Of a DNA stretch of 64,000 nucleotides, positions 1 to 8,037 are shown in pieces (position 1 is the first letter of the stretch; every line of letters begins with the position of its first letter). The notes beneath the pieces were generated by a model, which worked only from the letters and a program-made list of their open reading frames with translations, ran no database searches and had not been told where the DNA came from. Origin of the DNA: Ignavibacteria bacterium. GTDB lineage: Bacteria > Bacteroidota > Ignavibacteria > Kapaibacteriales > UBA2268. The DNA lies in the NCBI GenBank assembly GCA_016844745.1, contig JAERMQ010000009.1, forward strand, positions 7,184-71,183. Direction: 5' to 3'. A program made the position numbers and the translations under genes.

Positions 1-17
1 GTTTTGATAATCAAGAA

Positions 18-49
18 ACTTTCCGAAAGTAGGGAAACTTTCGGAAAGT
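18..49. repeat. Perfect 13-6-13 palindrome actttccgaaagt-agggaa-actttcggaaagt (copy 1 of 3)
   Basis: Read directly: the arms are exact reverse complements. The same element recurs at 1011-1042 and 19065-19096. Confidence 0.8.
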
Positions 50-56
50 TCTCATG

Positions 57-320
57 TTAAGAATAAACTACGTTCGGATTCTCGGGCATAATGGAAATGC
101 GGTAGCCAAAGTCATAATCAATATCTGCTTCGATTAATGCAGAAAAATGCAATAATTCCATTTCCCTGTCTTCGTCCATATCCGCAATAACATTAATCCA
201 GATATGGTCTGGGTCATCCGGGCTTGTAGAAAGATTTTTAAGTATTATCTCAGGATATTTATCCTTAACTTTTGCCAGAAACTCATCTATAAGTTGTTCT
301 TGTTTATGATTTATATTCAT
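57..320 (-). CDS. Small hypothetical protein (87 aa), last gene of a three-gene HEPN module
   Basis: The ORF overlaps the upstream HEPN gene by 4 bp (ATGA-type coupling). There is no NTase G-S/DxD motif, so it is not a canonical MNT. Confidence 0.4.
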   Translation of the reverse strand: MNINHKQEQLIDEFLAKVKDKYPEIILKNLSTSPDDPDHIWINVIADMDEDREMELLHFSALIEADIDYDFGYRISIMPENPNVVYS

Positions 321-682
321 GTCATTACTCCGGTTAATATTTCAATAAATTCTTTTGCTTTTTCCAAATTTTCTTTGGATTTCTTTTTATTTACTCCGCT
401 ACCATAATCTGTAAAGTTTCTTATACTCTGCATTTCGTACAAATAACTTTTATATTTAGACGGTAATATCTTTCTTCTATTGATAAATAAATCGGAAAAT
501 ATTGAATTCAATGCTTTATGGTCGATTTTCGGCTCATAACCTGATTGATAAACCGCTACCAGTGCTATATGAAATGCAGCATAATATGCCCTATTTGCAG
601 ACGCATTATATAAACCATTTTCAAATAGCATTTCTGCTGCTTTTAGATTTTCTTTTGAACGTTGATGGAAAGTTTCAATCAT
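317..682 (-). CDS. HEPN-domain protein (putative toxin/RNase component)
   Basis: 121 aa with a HEPN-like helical signature (ANRAYYAAFHIALVAV) and typical HEPN size. It is translationally coupled to the downstream small ORF. Confidence 0.55.
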   Translation of the reverse strand: MIETFHQRSKENLKAAEMLFENGLYNASANRAYYAAFHIALVAVYQSGYEPKIDHKALNSIFSDLFINRRKILPSKYKSYLYEMQSIRNFTDYGSGVNKKKSKENLEKAKEFIEILTGVMT

Positions 683-731
683 AATGATACTCCGATATTT
701 TCCAATTCTTGAATTGCCAATTATGACCAGA

Positions 732-914
732 TTATTTCAGCCATTTTCCTAGCTTTTGCTCAACTTCATCCTGAGTAAAAACCTTGCCGTTTCTAATATC
801 ATCCAATCCTTGTTCGACTTTGTCAAGAAAAATCAATCTCTCAACAATTTCATCAATTTCGAACTGCTCCGGCATCTGGTTAATTGCTTCAGTTACTTGT
901 TCTTTAAAAAGCAT
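732..914 (-). CDS. Small acidic 60-aa protein, putative antitoxin-like partner of the HEPN gene
   Basis: 60 aa, acidic, and sits 49 bp upstream of the HEPN ORF in the same orientation. The size and position are typical of a type II antitoxin. No family assignment is possible from sequence alone. Confidence 0.35.
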   Translation of the reverse strand: MLFKEQVTEAINQMPEQFEIDEIVERLIFLDKVEQGLDDIRNGKVFTQDEVEQKLGKWLK

Positions 915-1010
915 TTGTTTTCCTATTAATTATTATTTTTATTTAACGTATCGCCTAAATTTTTATTTTTTATAATAGAATTTCAAATATAAAAAAAATT
1001 AAAACTTTCA

Positions 1011-1042
1011 ACTTTCCGAAAGTAGGGAAACTTTCGGAAAGT
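1011..1042. repeat. 13-6-13 palindrome copy 2 (actttccgaaagt-agggaa-actttcggaaagt)
   Basis: Identical to copy 1. It lies in the promoter region of the minus-strand 60-aa/HEPN operon. Confidence 0.8.
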
Positions 1043-1227
1043 ACTTCTTTTCACTTTACAAACTTTATAAACTTTCAACTTTATGAACTAAACAAACTTT
1101 ATGAACTAAATTTCACATAGTCAGAAAAAATGCACATACTACCCTTACACTTTCTACTGACAAATTGTCATTCAAAAAAAATTCAAAATCTGCAAAAATT
1201 TCACGAATTATTGCCATTTTGGCAATA

Positions 1228-1262
1228 AAAAAAGCCTCACTTGCGAGAGGCTTTTCATCATT
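1228..1262. terminator. Bidirectional rho-independent terminator (gcctc-acttgcg-agaggc with A/T runs on both sides)
   Basis: A GC-rich hairpin flanked by aaaaaa on one side and tttt on the other, immediately 3' of the ECF sigma gene. Confidence 0.6.
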
Positions 1263-1333
1263 CATTTTTAAATGCTCATTTTGAATTATTAATTCAGCAT
1301 TCAGAATTCAGCATTCAGAATTATTTCGGAGTA

Positions 1334-1993
1334 TTAATTCTCGTTTATTGATTTGTATAAATCTTTCAATTTTCTTCGCAAATGAAGCACGGCGTAACGC
1401 TTGCGGGCAAGCAATGTATTGATATTGACGCCGGATTCCTCGCTCATTTCGCGGAATGAAATTCCTTCGAATTCATTGCGAACGAAAACTTCGCGCTGCT
1501 CCATAGGAAGCTCTTCCAAGCCCATCTGCACTGATTCCCAGATTGTTTTTCGCACTAATTCCGTTTCCGGCGATGTTGAGAAATCACCTAAGAAATTCTC
1601 GAAAGAATCGATACCGTCGTCAACCTGACCGGGAGTCTGCATATCGGAGAAAGTCTCCGCACGCTTCTTGCGGTAGGAATCGATAATTCGGTTGCGAACG
1701 GCTGTGAATACCCATGAGGCGATGTTTTCAATCGGCTTCTGAACGTTAGCCGAGGCTGCAAGTACGTTTGTGAACACATCCTGCAGAATGTCTTCTGCTT
1801 CTTCCTGGCTGCGAACACGTTGGCGGATAAATCCCAAAAATTTCTTCCGGTCATTGCGGAACAAATTTTCGATTTGAACGGTAAGTTCCATATTCTCGCT
1901 CCTTTTTAAAGAATTAAAATCACTTTTGCTTTCAGCTTTGTTCTTTTGACTTAGCTCGTGGATACGATGCATTATTTCTTTCTTTTTGTTCAT
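1334..1993 (-). CDS. RNA polymerase ECF-type sigma-70 factor
   Basis: Region 2 (EDILQDVFTNVL...WVFTAVRNRIIDSYRKK) and region 4 (GISFREMSEESGVNINTLLARKRYA) motifs are present. The likely true start is the internal Met (MELTVQ, about 1891), giving about 186 aa. Confidence 0.8.
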   Translation of the reverse strand: MNKKKEIMHRIHELSQKNKAESKSDFNSLKRSENMELTVQIENLFRNDRKKFLGFIRQRVRSQEEAEDILQDVFTNVLAASANVQKPIENIASWVFTAVRNRIIDSYRKKRAETFSDMQTPGQVDDGIDSFENFLGDFSTSPETELVRKTIWESVQMGLEELPMEQREVFVRNEFEGISFREMSEESGVNINTLLARKRYAVLHLRRKLKDLYKSINEN

Positions 1994-2250
1994 TTTGTGC
2001 CCTTAATTCATATTTCTAATTACTTAAATGGAGTAGAGAAACTACCATGCGCCTCCGCTTAATTAAAAACCTATTTTTTATTATCGGTACATTTTCGAAA
2101 AACTTTTTCCAAATTTGCACCGGCTTCTACTATATAGACACAGGAAAATCAAAAAAGTTTCAAAAAAAATTCAAAAAATCTATTTTTTTTTAACCGAAAC
2201 TAAATTTTCTTCTATTTCAAATCTGCCATTCTGACAGAAACGACGTTCTA

Positions 2251-3900
2251 TTATCCTAACATAGGAATTTTTATGCCAAACTTTCCGGCATTTTCTTTAG
2301 CTCTTTCATAACCGGCATCGGTATGCCTGATTATACCCATCATCGGGTCATAAGTCAATACTCTTTTCAATCTAAGTTCGGCTTCTGCACTGCCGTCAGC
2401 TACTACAACCATACCTGCATGAAGCGATAATCCCATTCCGACTCCGCCGCCGTGATGGAAGGAAATCCATGATGCGCCGCCGATGGCATTCAATGCAAAA
2501 TTGAAATACACCCAGTCGGCAATAGCATCCGAGCCGTCTGCCATACCTTCGGTCTCACGATAAGGCGAAGCAACGGAACCGCAATCCAAATGGTCTCTTC
2601 CAATAACAATCGGCGCCGATACTTTGCCGGTTGCAACGAGTTCATTGAACATCAAACCTGCTTTTGCCCGCTCGCCATAGCCAAGCCAGCAGATTCTCGC
2701 AGGCAGCGCCTGATAACGAACATGCTTTTGCGCTTGAGTTATCCAGCGATGAAGCGGCTCATTATACGGAAATAATTCCATAATAGCATCATCGGTAACA
2801 CGAATATCCTCCGGGTCGCCCGATAGAGCTACCCACCGGAAAGGACCTTTGCCGTCGCAGAATAGAGGACGAATGTATGCCGGAACGAATCCTGGAAAAT
2901 CAAATGCATTCGTAACAGAATCATAATCCTTAGCTATTCCTCGTATGTTATTTCCGTAATCGAAAACAACAGAGCCACGTTTCTGAAATTCAAGCATCGC
3001 CCGAACGTGAGCGCCAATGGATTTATATGCTTTTTCAAGATATTCCGTTGGATTTGAAATTCTCAAATTATCAGCTTCATCTTTGCTAAGTCCTGCGGGA
3101 TAATATCCGTTCAGCGGGTCGTGGGCAGCAGTTTGGTCTGTTACGACGTCGGGAATAATTCCTCTAATCAATAGTTCGGGTAGAACTTCGGAAGCATTGC
3201 CAACCAATCCAATGGATAATGCAGTTTTAGTCAACTTGTGCTGCTCGACTAATTGCAGGGCATCGTCTAAAGTCTGAATCTTAACATTGCAATAACCATC
3301 ATGGATACGTTTATCAATGCGTTTTTCATCAATTTCAACTGTAATGGATACTGCACCTGCAAAATAGGCTGCAAGAGGCTGTGCGCCTCCCATTCCGCCC
3401 ATTCCGGCAGTTAATAAGAAACGTCCGGCAAGGGAGCCTCCGAAGTGGCTTCGGGCACATTCTGCAAATGTTTCATAAGTGCCTTGCAATATGCCTTGAG
3501 TGCCTATATAAATCCAGCTTCCTGCGGTCATCTGACCATACATCATCAAACCTAAACTATCCAAACGGCGGAATTCATCCCAGGTTGCCCATTTGGGGAC
3601 TAAATTGGAATTTGCGATAATTACTCTGGGCGCGGCTGTGTATGTTGGGACAACTCCGACTGGCTTGCCGGATTGAACGAGCAGTGTTTCATCTTCGTTC
3701 ATATTGGCAAGGGTATCGAGAATAGCGTCGTAACATTCCCAATTGCGTGCGGCTTTACCCAAACCGCCGTAAACTATTAAGTCTTGAGGCTTTTCGGCAT
3801 TTTCGGGGTCTAAGTTGTGTTGGAGCATACGCCAAGCGGCTTCAATCTGCCAGTTTTTGCAGGTTAGCTTGGTTCCTCTTGGTACTTTTACTTCGCGCAT
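2251..3900 (-). CDS. hutU: Urocanate hydratase
   Basis: 549 aa. The whole sequence looks like urocanase ([21 protein letters not shown]...[11 protein letters not shown]...). Confidence 0.93.
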   Translation of the reverse strand: MREVKVPRGTKLTCKNWQIEAAWRMLQHNLDPENAEKPQDLIVYGGLGKAARNWECYDAILDTLANMNEDETLLVQSGKPVGVVPTYTAAPRVIIANSNLVPKWATWDEFRRLDSLGLMMYGQMTAGSWIYIGTQGILQGTYETFAECARSHFGGSLAGRFLLTAGMGGMGGAQPLAAYFAGAVSITVEIDEKRIDKRIHDGYCNVKIQTLDDALQLVEQHKLTKTALSIGLVGNASEVLPELLIRGIIPDVVTDQTAAHDPLNGYYPAGLSKDEADNLRISNPTEYLEKAYKSIGAHVRAMLEFQKRGSVVFDYGNNIRGIAKDYDSVTNAFDFPGFVPAYIRPLFCDGKGPFRWVALSGDPEDIRVTDDAIMELFPYNEPLHRWITQAQKHVRYQALPARICWLGYGERAKAGLMFNELVATGKVSAPIVIGRDHLDCGSVASPYRETEGMADGSDAIADWVYFNFALNAIGGASWISFHHGGGVGMGLSLHAGMVVVADGSAEAELRLKRVLTYDPMMGIIRHTDAGYERAKENAGKFGIKIPMLG

Positions 3901-4024
3901 GTTTTTTCCTTCTAAACTATTACAAATATAATAAAAATTTTAAATCCGACAAAACTAATCTTATTTAATATTAAAAATAATTTTTCTTGTTCAATTTCAC
4001 CTATAAAGCCTGATATAAAAGTCA

Positions 4025-4110
4025 GGAAGAATGTCATTCTGAACGCAGTGAAGAATCCAGTCCCAATGTGGCTTCTGGATTCTTCACTGCGTTCAGAATG
4101 ACATCCTTCT
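4025..4110. repeat. Long perfect inverted repeat (about 36-bp arms, atgtcattctgaacgcagtgaagaatccag, with an 11-bp loop); family A element
   Basis: Read directly. The same arms recur at 19681-19716/19851-19890 and as the outer arms of the composite elements at about 42299, 48018 and 60441. Confidence 0.85.
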
Positions 4111-4226
4111 ATATTATCGCATTATCAAGCAATCTCAACAGGAATATCTTTTGCCATCCTATCGTTACAAGCGATGGTATGGCAGGATAAACAATATTTT
4201 TTATTAAATTCGTTTATGTTCAAACT

Positions 4227-4622
4227 ATGATGAGTTTAGAGGAACATATTGAACATTGGCTAAAGACTTCAGAGAAAGACCTTGAGTCGGCATCAAATAT
4301 GTTTTCAGCCGGAATTTATGATTGGTCTTTATTTGTTGCACATCTTGCTTTGGAAAAATTACTTAAAGCGCTTTGGATTCAAGCAAATCAGCAAGCATTT
4401 CCTCCAAAAATCCATAATTTGATGAAATTAGCCGAACAAGCCGGGATTGAATTAACTGAAGAGCAAGTTGAGTTTTTTAGGCTTGTTAATCAATTTCATT
4501 TAGAGGCAAGGTATCAGGAATATAAAGATGATTTTCAAAAAATTGCAACGAAAGAATTTTCAAATCATAATCTTATAAAAATCAAGGAAGTTTGTTTATG
4601 GTTGAAGTCCCAAATAATATAA
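4227..4622 (+). CDS. HEPN-domain toxin (HepT-like) of a HEPN/MNT toxin-antitoxin pair
   Basis: 131 aa with a HEPN helical core (VAHLALEKLLKALW). It overlaps the downstream nucleotidyltransferase gene. Confidence 0.65.
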   Translation: MMSLEEHIEHWLKTSEKDLESASNMFSAGIYDWSLFVAHLALEKLLKALWIQANQQAFPPKIHNLMKLAEQAGIELTEEQVEFFRLVNQFHLEARYQEYKDDFQKIATKEFSNHNLIKIKEVCLWLKSQII

Positions 4623-4915
4623 TCGAATCAATAAAGCGATTCGCTATCGAAGCTGAAAAAAATAATATCAATATCCAGCAGGCAATATTATTTGGTAGTT
4701 ATGCCAAAGGCAATAATACTGAATGGAGCGATATTGACGTTGCAGTTGTTTCGGAAAATTTTGAAGGAATCAGGTTTTATGATAATTTGAAACTCTCAAA
4801 GCCAGTAGTGCGAACAAATATTGATATAGAAACACACCCATTCCGTCCGGAAGATTTCACCGAAGATAATCCGTTCGTAAAGGAAATATTGGAATATGGA
4901 ATCAGGATAATTTAA
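4592..4915 (+). CDS. Minimal nucleotidyltransferase (MntA-like antitoxin)
   Basis: LFGSYAKGNNTEWSDIDVAVV is the classic pol-beta NTase G-S...DxD motif. About 105 aa. Confidence 0.8.
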   Translation: MFMVEVPNNIIESIKRFAIEAEKNNINIQQAILFGSYAKGNNTEWSDIDVAVVSENFEGIRFYDNLKLSKPVVRTNIDIETHPFRPEDFTEDNPFVKEILEYGIRII

Positions 4916-4955
4916 AAAAGCAAGACATCCAATGTTTTGCAAACATTGGATGTCT
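4847..4955. repeat. Left copy of a 109-bp direct repeat (3' end of the MNT gene plus the palindrome agacatccaatgtttgcaaacattggatgtct)
   Basis: About 90% identical to 7909-8017. Includes a 14-bp-arm hairpin that probably terminates the MNT gene. Confidence 0.8.
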
Positions 4956-6643
4956 TCTCCCTTTTGTCAAAGTTTTATTATATTAGGTCATCCAATGACC
5001 GGCAGCCACCGGAAGATTTAATAACAATAAAAGAGGGAATAAAAGAGTCTATATTTTATTATAGTGATGACGAACAGAGAATAAAAATGGAATATAAAGA
5101 AAATAATGTACTTCTTTATACTAAATACTATCTGGATGGTTACGAGCTAATCCAATATCCCGATAATACTACAAAAGAACTGACATCCTTAGGCGGGGAA
5201 GCAGTTGTAGTAAAAGATAGAAATAATGTAGTCAAAACTTATTACGTTCATACCGACCAATTAGGTTCACTTCAATGCCTGACCGATGAAAACGGCGATA
5301 TTGTGCCTAATGCGGAATTCAGCTTCGACCCTTGGGGTAAAATAAGGAAAAAGGATGACTGGACCCAGAATTATTCAAATGAATCCCAACTATCAACTTT
5401 TGATATTATTGGACGAGGATTTACCGGTCACGAGCACATGCCTCAATTCGGACTTATCAATATGAACGGGAGAGTATATGACCCAATGCTCGGACAGTTT
5501 ATTCAACCCGATAATAACATTCAATTCCCAAGCTATAGTCAAAATTACAACAGGTATAGTTATTGTCTCAACAATCCGGTTAATTTCACTGACCCATCGG
5601 GAGAGGACCTTGGTCCTGTACTCACGAGTATTCTTACTGGTGGTGGTTATAATATAAGTCATTCCGTAAGTCGAATTTACAATGCTTATCATAACTTTGG
5701 AAATGATGCCGGTAATGAAGTATTGTTTCAGACAATATTTTGGACTGGGTACTCGACAATTGCCGGTATGATGTTGGGACAAAGTTTGGATTTTCTTATC
5801 AGCTCTTTTGCGAATCCAGGTATAAGTTCGAAAGCAAATGATGTTGCATCAGCGATTTCACCAAATAACCCTCCTGGTGGTTATGTATCAACTGACCAAG
5901 GATTATTGTCAACCATTAATTTTGGTCCAGGAGCTTCCGTTTCTAACGCAGCATCTAATATTGCTCCAAGACTTGCCTTATCAACTGGAGGGAAAATTGG
6001 AGCTGCTGCAGGAGCGGTAATAGGTGCTTGGGCAGTCACAAAAAGTTGGAATGCACAATATATTGCAAGTTATCGTTCTTTTGCCTCACGAAGGGCTAAA
6101 GAGTATCAAGTAGCAGGAACACCATTTACTTGCGAAGATTTAGTTTTACAGATTTTAATTGATTTTGCTAGCCAAAATCAACTACCGGTTGTATTAAATA
6201 TAAATGGTATAACTTATAACGCTGCTGATAGTCGTTGGGGGGGTGATATTAAGGAATTTAGAGATGAACTTTTTAACATTACAGCTTCATCCCATCTTCA
6301 GAATAGCGATAATACAGTTGGGATAGGATATGATGATTTACTTCCCGGAGATATGTTACTTCAAGTACTATATCCAAATGGAGTCAGCAATCATGCTCAA
6401 GAAGTAGTAGATGTAAATAAATATTTTATTGAAATAATTCAAGGAAATACTAAGAGTTCATATTTTGGATCAGGTAAACCATCTCAAAGTAATTATATAG
6501 GAACTCCTCTAAATAATTCCTATTTCAATAGGGCAAATGGCAATTTTTTTAGTGGTCGTACTAGAACATTAGAGAAATTTAATAAACTAAAACAATTTCA
6601 AGGTAAAAGATGGAATTTTGATAAATTTAATAAATGGAGATGA
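4937..6643 (+). CDS. Orphan Rhs-family C-terminal fragment: RHS core end (…DPxGE) plus a ~340-aa variable C-terminal toxin domain, with no N-terminal YD-repeat body
   Basis: YYVHTDQLGSLQ..FDPWGK..GFTGHEHMPQFGLINMNGRVYDPMLGQFIQPDN..NRYSYCLNNPVNFTDPSGE is the canonical RHS repeat-associated core terminus. The only start is a TTG inside the upstream terminator hairpin, in frame with the MNT stop, so this is probably a silent or displaced cassette. Confidence 0.7.
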   Translation: MQTLDVFSLLSKFYYIRSSNDRQPPEDLITIKEGIKESIFYYSDDEQRIKMEYKENNVLLYTKYYLDGYELIQYPDNTTKELTSLGGEAVVVKDRNNVVKTYYVHTDQLGSLQCLTDENGDIVPNAEFSFDPWGKIRKKDDWTQNYSNESQLSTFDIIGRGFTGHEHMPQFGLINMNGRVYDPMLGQFIQPDNNIQFPSYSQNYNRYSYCLNNPVNFTDPSGEDLGPVLTSILTGGGYNISHSVSRIYNAYHNFGNDAGNEVLFQTIFWTGYSTIAGMMLGQSLDFLISSFANPGISSKANDVASAISPNNPPGGYVSTDQGLLSTINFGPGASVSNAASNIAPRLALSTGGKIGAAAGAVIGAWAVTKSWNAQYIASYRSFASRRAKEYQVAGTPFTCEDLVLQILIDFASQNQLPVVLNINGITYNAADSRWGGDIKEFRDELFNITASSHLQNSDNTVGIGYDDLLPGDMLLQVLYPNGVSNHAQEVVDVNKYFIEIIQGNTKSSYFGSGKPSQSNYIGTPLNNSYFNRANGNFFSGRTRTLEKFNKLKQFQGKRWNFDKFNKWR

Positions 6644-6990
6644 TTATGAAAAATTTGAAATATTTTTATTGCTTTAAATATGTCCCTTTTATTACTTCTT
6701 TATTATATTTATTATTCTTTTTGTTTTTATATTACGGCTCTATAAGACAATTTGGGTGGTGTATTTCAAGTGATAATCCTAATTGGTTAAACTATTTTTA
6801 TAATTATTGTTTAATTTATTCAATTGAATATCATTTTATTTTTTATTATTTACCTTTGTTTTTGTTTATCATTTTTGGATTATTGAGATTAATTAAAATA
6901 AAAATTTTTCTTTATTATATAACTTTAATTTTATTATTCATATATATATTACTTTGTAATTTTTTATGGGGTTATTGGAATCCATATTAA
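6634..6990 (+). CDS. Putative immunity protein (small, very hydrophobic, AT-rich) immediately downstream of the Rhs toxin tip
   Basis: 118 aa, rich in F/L/Y/I with several predicted TM segments. It overlaps the toxin stop by 10 nt. The DNA is about 20% GC and could be a spurious AT-rich ORF. Confidence 0.3.
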   Translation: MEMIMKNLKYFYCFKYVPFITSLLYLLFFLFLYYGSIRQFGWCISSDNPNWLNYFYNYCLIYSIEYHFIFYYLPLFLFIIFGLLRLIKIKIFLYYITLILLFIYILLCNFLWGYWNPY

Positions 6991-7260
6991 TGATATTAAC
7001 AAGAATCTAATTTTTTAAAGTTATAATGAAAAGATTGAGTAATGTAGAAAATTGATTACTTTTTTATGAAAATTTTAATTTTATGCTTTAAATAAATATT
7101 TTTGCTTGATAATCTCAAAAAAACTTGATAATGAAATAATAAAAAAAGTAAAAGATCAAAAATACAACTGGAGACATTGAATATCAAAATAAATGACATT
7201 GTCATCTAAACTGTCTGGATAAGGAAGTTGAATTAAATCTTAAATATAAAAATAAAGGCT

Positions 7261-7719
7261 TTGATTATGAAAATAAAAATGAAGATATCTTTCAAAATTC
7301 TAATAGCTTTAGGATTACTCATTAGCTTAAAGCTATTTGCATACCCTGCCGTAGTTTATAACTTCGACGAAGCAGGCAACCGCATTACAAGCAGGGTTGT
7401 CAATATGAAACAGTCGATAGAAACACCGCCCGAAGAGCAAAAGGTTGCAGGGTTCAGCATAAAGGTGTATCCGAATCCTACAGCCGACATTTTAAAAGTG
7501 GAGATAGAAGGCTTGCAAAAGGATTCCAGAGTAAAAATCGAGATGTTCGACCTCAAGGGCGCAAAGCTCTACTCAAACGAGACGAATAATAACCGGTACG
7601 ACATCGACCTTTCGCAAAGGACAACCGGTGTCTATATTTTGAATATCTATATCGACGACAAGACGACTTACTGGAAGATAGTAATCTCACCTATACCATC
7701 TCTTTCAGCGATAGCATAG
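7261..7719 (+). CDS. Small secreted protein with one YD/RHS-type repeat (YNFDEAGNRITSR) and a T9SS C-terminal sorting domain
   Basis: Signal peptide present. KVYPNPTADILKVEIEG...GVYILNIYIDDKTTYWKIV is T9SS-CTD-like. The region is locally GC-richer than its flanks. Confidence 0.5.
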   Translation: MIMKIKMKISFKILIALGLLISLKLFAYPAVVYNFDEAGNRITSRVVNMKQSIETPPEEQKVAGFSIKVYPNPTADILKVEIEGLQKDSRVKIEMFDLKGAKLYSNETNNNRYDIDLSQRTTGVYILNIYIDDKTTYWKIVISPIPSLSAIA

Positions 7720-7909
7720 GAATATTGGTCTGCCTTCCATGCGATGAAAAGTTCTCATGGCTATTATAACTTTAAGTATCCATATCCCTTAATCCTACCA
7801 ATCCTAATTCAGACATTTTCCACCTTTACCATCGCTTTCAGCGTTCGCATAAGAATTATTTGCCATCCTATCGATGAAGTCGATGGTATGGCTGTAAAAA
7901 CAATGCTGC

Positions 7910-7978
7910 CCGGAGGATTTCACGGAAAATAATCCTTTCGTTAAGGAAATATTGGAATATGGGATAAGGATAATATAA
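7910..7978 (+). pseudogene. Remnant of an MNT nucleotidyltransferase C-terminus (PEDFTENNPFVKEILEYGIRII*)
   Basis: Translates to a near-identical copy of the last 22 aa of the MNT at 4592..4915, with an in-frame stop just upstream. Part of the right-hand 109-bp direct repeat (7909-8017). Confidence 0.55.
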
Positions 7979-8037
7979 TAAAACAAGACATCCAATGTTT
8001 GGCAAACATTGGATGTCTAATTTATTGCATCATTATT

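Noticed and set aside
4937-4960. The TTG 'start' of the Rhs fragment as a genuine initiation codon
   Set aside because: It lies inside the 14-bp-arm terminator hairpin of the MNT gene. There is no ribosome-binding context, and the fragment begins mid-way through the RHS core. This is better explained as an orphan cassette.
5393-5782. Antisense ORFs inside large genes (for example 5393..5782, 13412..13774, 14566..15075, 16303..16713, 50206..50481, 55077..55292)
   Set aside because: They lie opposite confidently assigned long CDSs and have low-complexity translations and no independent signals. They are treated as spurious.
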